This document shows, piece by piece, positions 53,648 to 64,000 of a DNA stretch of 64,000 bases. Both the position numbers and the translations under genes were made by a program. This DNA comes from the human T2T-CHM13v2.0 reference genome, Homo sapiens, in NCBI RefSeq assembly GCF_009914755.1, contig NC_060928.1; one strand, given 5' to 3'. Below the pieces are notes generated by a model, which did no database searches, was not told the origin of the DNA, and saw nothing but the letters and a program-made list of their open reading frames with translations. Position 1 is the stretch's first letter. Each line of letters opens with the position of its first letter.

Positions 53648-55769
53648 TCCTGTTTTGGGCTTTTAGATAACTCCTTGATTTGGTTTCAAAAAACTGGACA
53701 GCATGAGCACATTACTGAACTAAAAGAAGAATTACTCAAATAAATTTTTCCAAGTCCTCATATGTAGAAGTTTCCACACAGAATCTTCAGATTTGTACAT
53801 ATAGATACTTATATTAGAAAATCTAAAAATCTATAAAAACAAGCAGGTGTTTGTCACATTTCCAATGGGCCATATAGTGTTAGTTTGATAATGCCTTTAG
53901 AGGTGATATCTAGAAAAATGATTTTATCTGATAACTAATTGTTTCATAAAAATCTTCGGATACACAGACATAGGGTAAAAAACATTTAAAAAAATTTCAG
54001 GAAAAAAGTCATCTTATATCACAAGACACTTTTTCAACGTGTATTCTTATATTCAATGTGCCCTAAGCTCTGCATCTAGATTATTCTTCATGTATGCTTC
54101 CTGCAAAATTCTTTTCATTTCGTAAGTTCCACTGAAGAGTTTTAGCATTGTCTCATGAATCAGTGAAGTCACAGGGAGATTTCCACATGAGGCATCTTTG
54201 ATCTCATTGTAGCTTTGGTGTCTCCCCAAGTACTTCTGACTAGTGGGAAGTCCCTGAGTGCTGTGCCCACAGTGCCTGGGAATCCTTCATCAGGCTTATA
54301 ACTATTTAAAACGCAAGTCCACCTGAGCATTAAATTTGTAAAATAACCCAGAAGATATGGTGGTTTCTATATTAGAAGTCTAAGGCAGATTAGGCAGAAA
54401 TTGTCAAAAAAGCAGTTTCACTGCTGACAAAATCGATCACCTTCTTACTCTCCAGAGATAAATGGGAAGTGTGTCCATCACTTACATAGAAGACCTGCTG
54501 GCCTCTAGTTGGGATATGTTTGGTTTTGTTTTCTAAGTTGGATTTAGTTTGTAGGCTATAGTTTTTCAGTTTTAACCACAATCTATCAAAAAAAGTGGTA
54601 TGAACAAAATCTTAAGAAAAGAAATTTAAAATAACCTCTGCTTTAAAGGCTAAAAAAACTTATAAAAACTAAGGTTGAAATGTATTTTATATCCCTCTAA
54701 TTCAAGGTTATATATTTTTTAGTTTGTCTCTCCTAAGTAAAACTTCTATAAATATTAATATTTTTATAAGTCATGCATTTTTTAGTCTTTGTTCAGTTCC
54801 TCAAAATGTTTTTGAAGTAAGAGATAGATAATAAATGTATTAATGGTTCTCTGTAAAAGCAGTATTTTTAAAAGGTAAAGTATGGTTCATACTCAATAGA
54901 CCAGTCAGTCCATAGCTATTTGCTGCCATTCATAAAGTGTGTGCAGCACCTTCTTGAGCCAGGCTTCTCTCAGCACACATTTTGTAAACGCTCGTCTAAC
55001 TATCCCCTGTGTCATGTGTATAGGGTAATAGAGATGAATTAGGCCTGCTTTGCCCTGGAACAGGGAGAACTGGTATCTTTCCATGAGTACAGCTGCTCCC
55101 ACAGCATCTAAGAAACAAACTGACAGAGATCCGGCTTGATTATCTTTCTAAGTATAGAAAATGCTTTTGGATTAAAAAATAAAATACCACTGAACAACCT
55201 GTGGACAGCCAATGGTGTGGACAAAGTTGGGAAAGGCCGCACCTGTGCTGGGAGATCCCTTCTCTTGGCCTGGCCCCTGGTGAATTTAATGGCCATCTTC
55301 TGGTAAGACCCCACCTTGGTCCTGCGTTTATGTGGGTTAGCTATGAAAGGGCACAGTCAACTTCATATTGTCTTGGACAGGTAGAGAAAAGTAATTAAAT
55401 TTTTCCCCAAACTTTCTTAAAATGCAAAACATTTTAATATGATGTCTGTTAAGCCAGTAACTCACTTTTTGACCTCCTCTATGGCACTTGCGTACTTTGT
55501 ACTTTCCCCAAAGAGGTTTTCTGTGCAAATATGTGCAAATGGTAACCTGGTGTAAACCAGGTTTACATTGTCGTATTTGTTATAAAGCTATATGAATATG
55601 TATAAGGCATTTACAACAATGACTGGCACCTATTTCTTTTGCTGTTATTACTCTTCTACAAACTGGCATGAGTAATTAGACATGGAATATATGTAATTAT
55701 GCATATTTTGGGCCAAGTAGGTGGGCCACTCTCCTGATCCTGAGGTGGTGTGGAGATGGGGAGTAGGGA

Positions 55770-56187
55770 AGCTCTTGCTGGTAGATAAATAAAATGTGGC
55801 AGCCTCCGCAGAAAAGTTTGATGGCTCCATAATAAGTTTTACCTAGAATTACCTTTTGACTCAGCAATTTCATTCCTACATATAGACCCAAGAAAAATAA
55901 AAACATACATTCATACAAAATGTTTATAGCAGCATTGTTCATAATAGCCTAAAAGTGGAAACAAATCATATGTTTGTCAACTGATGAATGAATAAACAAA
56001 ATGTGGTATTGGTGCTAGGAATGAGGGGAATGAGGGTGACTGCTTAATGGGTATAGAGTTTGCTTTGGGGTAATGAAAATGTTCTGAAAAGAGATAGTGT
56101 TGATGGGTACATAATATTGTGAATGGGCTAAATGTCACTAATGGTCAATTGTATGCTATATGTAACTATACTACAACTTTTTAAATA
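55770..56187 (+). mobile_element. L1MB-type 3' end with internal deletion
   Basis: atgtttatagcagcattgttcataatagcc...ttaatgggtatagagttt. Confidence 0.75.
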
Positions 56188-57233
56188 GCAAGAGGGTGAT
56201 AAGTCCATGTATGAATGAACCTTAAAACATTTTCAATTTGGATATTGAATGCCGCAGTGAAATAGTGGAGAAAATATTAATCTTTAGTAAACAATAGGTG
56301 AATTGACCTCAATCAGAGAATTGTAGTAATGAAGAGTAAGTTTTCTGAGAACCAATAGGGACCAATTTTAGCAAATCATATATAGCAATTTATTTATCTT
56401 ATAAAGAAATAACATATTGTGTTTTTTTCTCTAAAAAAAGTATTGTTTCTTGGCCAAGAGTGTTCCATCCAAATGCCAAATTTCATAAGTATGATTTAAC
56501 CTGAAAACTAATATTCTGTATATTTGAATAGCACTTCAAGCTACAAGAACACTCAGAGGTTTAACTAACCCAGTTTTCAGTTGCGGAAACCGGAGCTCAG
56601 AGCAGTTAAGTGACTCGCTTGTGATGACATAGCTTGCATCACATAGTTACAATTAAGTGTTTAACTTCCAAACCAACCTGTCTTCCACTCTGAGATCTAC
56701 TTCCCATCACTGTAATACTGCCTGTGAAAGAGCAGGGCCCATCAGAGGCCTAGTTATGAGGACAGTACAATTTACACGTGTACCCACATCAGTAACAATA
56801 GGCTGCTGATATTTTTTTCTAGAATGACAGTCTTAATATGTTGTTATGAATATTTTATGTAGTTTAACTTTTTCTCCCATTTTTAAAAACTGTAGCTCTT
56901 CAGAACTAAAGGAACACTGGTGCTCTTTCCTTCCAAGGTATTTTGTCAGTATATATATTTTAAATCTTTAATTTGCAATAAAAGAATGTAAATCTCTGCA
57001 AAGCAGTATTCCCAAATTATTCCCCTTTTCCTTAATAGAAATTGTTAGACCATCCTCGAACAACTTTTTATTTAGATTTAACATGACTGCCTCTGTGTAA
57101 ATATTGTTTTCTCATTTATCTGTATGTTTTGTTTATTTTCGAGGAAGCTCTGATTACCACTCTCATCTTTTCCTTCTCTCCATCCTATAGATTGGAGCTA
57201 GCATTGTTCTTAAGACATAAATTTTCCAAGCCA

Positions 57234-57334
57234 GGCTAGTCCGAATGCAGTGGTGTTTATAATTAATTGATCACAACGAGCTACAGATTTATTTATTCCT
57301 TCTCCACTTCCACCACTTCACTTGACTAGCCTTT
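57234..57334 (+). pseudogene. Y3 RNA (RNY3-derived) processed pseudogene
   Basis: ggctagtccgaatgcagtggtgttt...cacttgactagccttt, 101 nt, about 11 differences from recalled hY3; A-rich tail 57335-57360; TSD taaa(t)tttccaagcca. Confidence 0.95.
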
Positions 57335-57370
57335 AAAAACAAACACATAAATAAATAAAATAAATTTCCA

Positions 57371-57550
57371 AGCCAGGCATGGTAGCTTGACCTGTTAGCC
57401 AAGCTACTCGGGAGGCTGAGGCAGGGGGATCATTTGTGGCCAGGACATCAAGATTACAGAGGCTGCAGTGGCTGCAATGAGCTATAATTGAACCACTGCA
57501 CTCCAGCCTGGGTGACAGACCCAAACTGTCTCTAAAAAAAAAAGGAAAAA
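57371..57550 (+). mobile_element. FLAM/FAM-type Alu monomer
   Basis: agccaggcatgg...gctactcgggaggctgagg...ccactgcactccagcctggg...A tail. Confidence 0.85.
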
Positions 57551-58238
57551 GTTCCTATACATGCTTTCTACCCTTGAACCCAAGAAGATGCTGGGCCTTC
57601 CAATCCAGGTGGAGTGTTTGAGGACTGACTCCTGCCCAAATCTGATATCACAGGACAACTTGTTATTTTGGAGGCCATGCTTTATTTTCCTGAAATATTT
57701 TGCGTATTTTTTCAACCCATGATTTGATGTTGCTGAATCTAGCCACATGTTTTTAAAAATACTGTAAGTATATTTAAAATATTAGCAACATAGATTGATT
57801 TGAAAATAAGCAATTAGCTAATTTATCCTACTCTATTTTGGGATATTATTAAATTTGATTAGGTACATCAATCTAGCCAAAGAGAAAGACCACCTGAAAG
57901 CATTCGCCTTCAAATCTTCACTGAGGACATCAAGAAATGTGTCTCTGTAACTGTTTTTGAGACCAAATATTAAATTCCAAGTATTTGCCTTAGGCAGAAT
58001 GAAAAGGAGATAGAGACAGGGATGATATAGAGATGGGAGGAAGGAAAGGAGAGACAAAGAGAGGAGAGAAAGAAAGCATTTAGAAAATACTGTGTGGAAA
58101 AGTGTACTTTTATATATTCATGTATGTTTTCACATGTTTAAAAATTAAGGACTAAGCAATATGAAGCAAGAGGAATCCATGTTAACTACAATACTTAAGC
58201 TTGAAAAGAATATTGCATGTTAAATGTTCATGAACTTG

Positions 58239-58541
<303 letters not shown>

Positions 58542-58699
58542 GTCAATAAACTCTAATGGTTTGTTGTAATAAAGTGATTTTCACAAGCAGACATTTCTTA
58601 CTGAAATTAAACTTTTTTCCCAATCATCACTAGTTACATACAGAGTAATTTTGGTTATTTCCACTTTTTAAAAATGTTTGCTCATTTTCTATTTAAAGG

Positions 58700-58787
58700 C
58701 TTTTAATTATTTGGAAATAATTGTAAGCATACAGAAAAGTACAAAATAACACTAAGAATACCCATATGCCATTTACCCAGATTGACT
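58700..58787 (-). mobile_element. L1ME 3' end fragment (target of the L1HS insertion)
   Basis: ggaaataattgtaagcatacagaaaagt...atttacccagatt. Confidence 0.6.
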
Positions 58788-58793
58788 TATTTG

Positions 58794-58827
<34 letters not shown>

Positions 58828-59047
58828 GTTTTTTTTTTTTTTATTATACTCTAAGTTTTAGGGTACATGTGCACATTGTGCAGGTTAGTTACATATGTAT
58901 ACATGTGCCATGCTGGTGCGCTGCACCCACTAATGTGTCATCTAGCATTAGGTATATCTCCCAATGCTATCCCTCCCCACTCCCCCGACCCCACCACAGT
59001 CCCCAGAGTGTGATATTCCCCTTCCTGTGTCCATGTGATCTCATTGT

Positions 59048-62899
<3,852 letters not shown>

Positions 62900-62938
62900 T
62901 CATTAGTTGATGCAGTTTCTTCCTAGTCTCGATGGTCT

Positions 62939-63955
62939 TTACATTTTGGCATGATTTTGCAGCGGCTGGTACCGGTTGTTCCTTTCCATGTTTAGCGCTT
63001 CCTTCAGGAGCTCTTTTAGGGCAGGCCTGGTGGTGACAAAATCTCTCAGCATTTGCTTGTCTATAAAGTATTTTATTTCTCCTTCACTTATGAAGCTTAG
63101 TTTGGCTGGATATGAAATTCTGGGTTGAAAATTCGTTTCTTTAAGAATGTTGAATATTGGCCCCCACTCTCTTCTGGCTTGTAGGGTTTCTGCCGAGAGA
63201 TCCGCTGTTAGTCTGATGGGCTTTCCTTTGAGTGTAACCCGACCTTTCTCTCTGGCTGCCCTTAACATTTTTTCCTTCATTTCAACTTTGGTGAATCTGA
63301 CAATTATGTGTCTTGGAGTTGCTCTTCTCGAGGAGTATCTTTGTGGCGTTCTCTGTATTTCCTGAATCTGAACGTTGGCCTGCCTTGCTAGATTGGGGAA
63401 GTTCTCCTGGATAATATCCTGCAGAGTGTTTTCCAACTTGGTTCCATTCTCCACATCACTTTCAGGTACACCAATCAGACGTAGATTTGGTCTTTTCACA
63501 TAGTCCCATATTTCTTGGAGGCTTTGCTCATTTCCTTTTATTCTTTTTTCTCTAAACTTCCCTTCTCGCTTCATTTCATTCATTTCATCTTCCATTGCTG
63601 ATACCCTTTCTTCCAGTTGATCGCATTGGCTCCTGAGGCTTCTGCATTCTTCACGTAGTTCTCGAGCCTTGGTTTTCAGCTCCATCAGCTCCTTTAAGCA
63701 CTTCTCTGTATTGGTTATTCTAGTTATACATTCTTCTAAATTTTTTTCAAAGTTTTCAACTTCTTTGCCTTTGGTTTGAATGTCCTCCCGTAGCTCAGAG
63801 TAATTTGATCGTCTGAAGCCTTCTTCTCTCAGCTCGTCAAAATCATTCTCCATCCAGCTTTGTTCTGTTGCTGGTGAGGAACTGCGTTCCTTTGGAGGAG
63901 GAGAGGCGCTCTGCGTTTTAGAGTTTCCAGTTTTTCTGTTCTGTTTTTTCCCCAT
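62939..63955 (-). CDS. LINE-1 ORF1p (coiled coil, RRM, CTD), 338 aa
   Basis: Full open frame; REKG, ARR and YPAKLS motifs intact. Confidence 0.98.
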   Translation of the reverse strand: MGKKQNRKTGNSKTQSASPPPKERSSSPATEQSWMENDFDELREEGFRRSNYSELREDIQTKGKEVENFEKNLEECITRITNTEKCLKELMELKTKARELREECRSLRSQCDQLEERVSAMEDEMNEMKREGKFREKRIKGNEQSLQEIWDYVKRPNLRLIGVPESDVENGTKLENTLQDIIQENFPNLARQANVQIQEIQRTPQRYSSRRATPRHIIVRFTKVEMKEKMLRAAREKGRVTLKGKPIRLTADLSAETLQARREWGPIFNILKETNFQPRISYPAKLSFISEGEIKYFIDKQMLRDFVTTRPALKELLKEALNMERNNRYQPLQNHAKM

Positions 63956-64000
63956 CTTTGTGGTTTTATCTACTTTTGGTCTTTGATGATGGTGATGTAC

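Noticed and set aside
57234-57334. Functional RNY3 gene
   Set aside because: Multiple substitutions, A-tail and TSD, and no evident upstream PSE/TATA arrangement

Overview
This is AT-rich, CpG-poor human (or very close primate) non-coding genomic DNA dominated by interspersed repeats; I find no host protein-coding exon and no prokaryotic-type system. The only real coding capacity is a young minus-strand LINE-1 (L1HS-Ta) at 58.8-64 kb. It has uninterrupted ORF1 (338 aa) and ORF2 (1275 aa), its 5'UTR runs off the window, and it carries substitutions in functionally sensitive motifs. The rest is a layered fossil record: older L1s, eight Alus plus a FLAM, L2/MIR, a complete THE1D-type MaLR, a near-full-length Tigger1, Tigger3, MER1B, MADE1 halves, and a Y3 RNA retropseudogene. 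The most unusual structures are an old L1PA whose 5'UTR is fused directly to its 3' end (possible spliced retrotransposition), a triplicated AluY tail/TSD junction, a twin-primed L1, a 24-bp TSD, and a TGACAG (TALE/MEIS) motif cluster in unique sequence. Subfamily calls and consensus comparisons are from recalled sequences, not alignments, and old-repeat boundaries are approximate.
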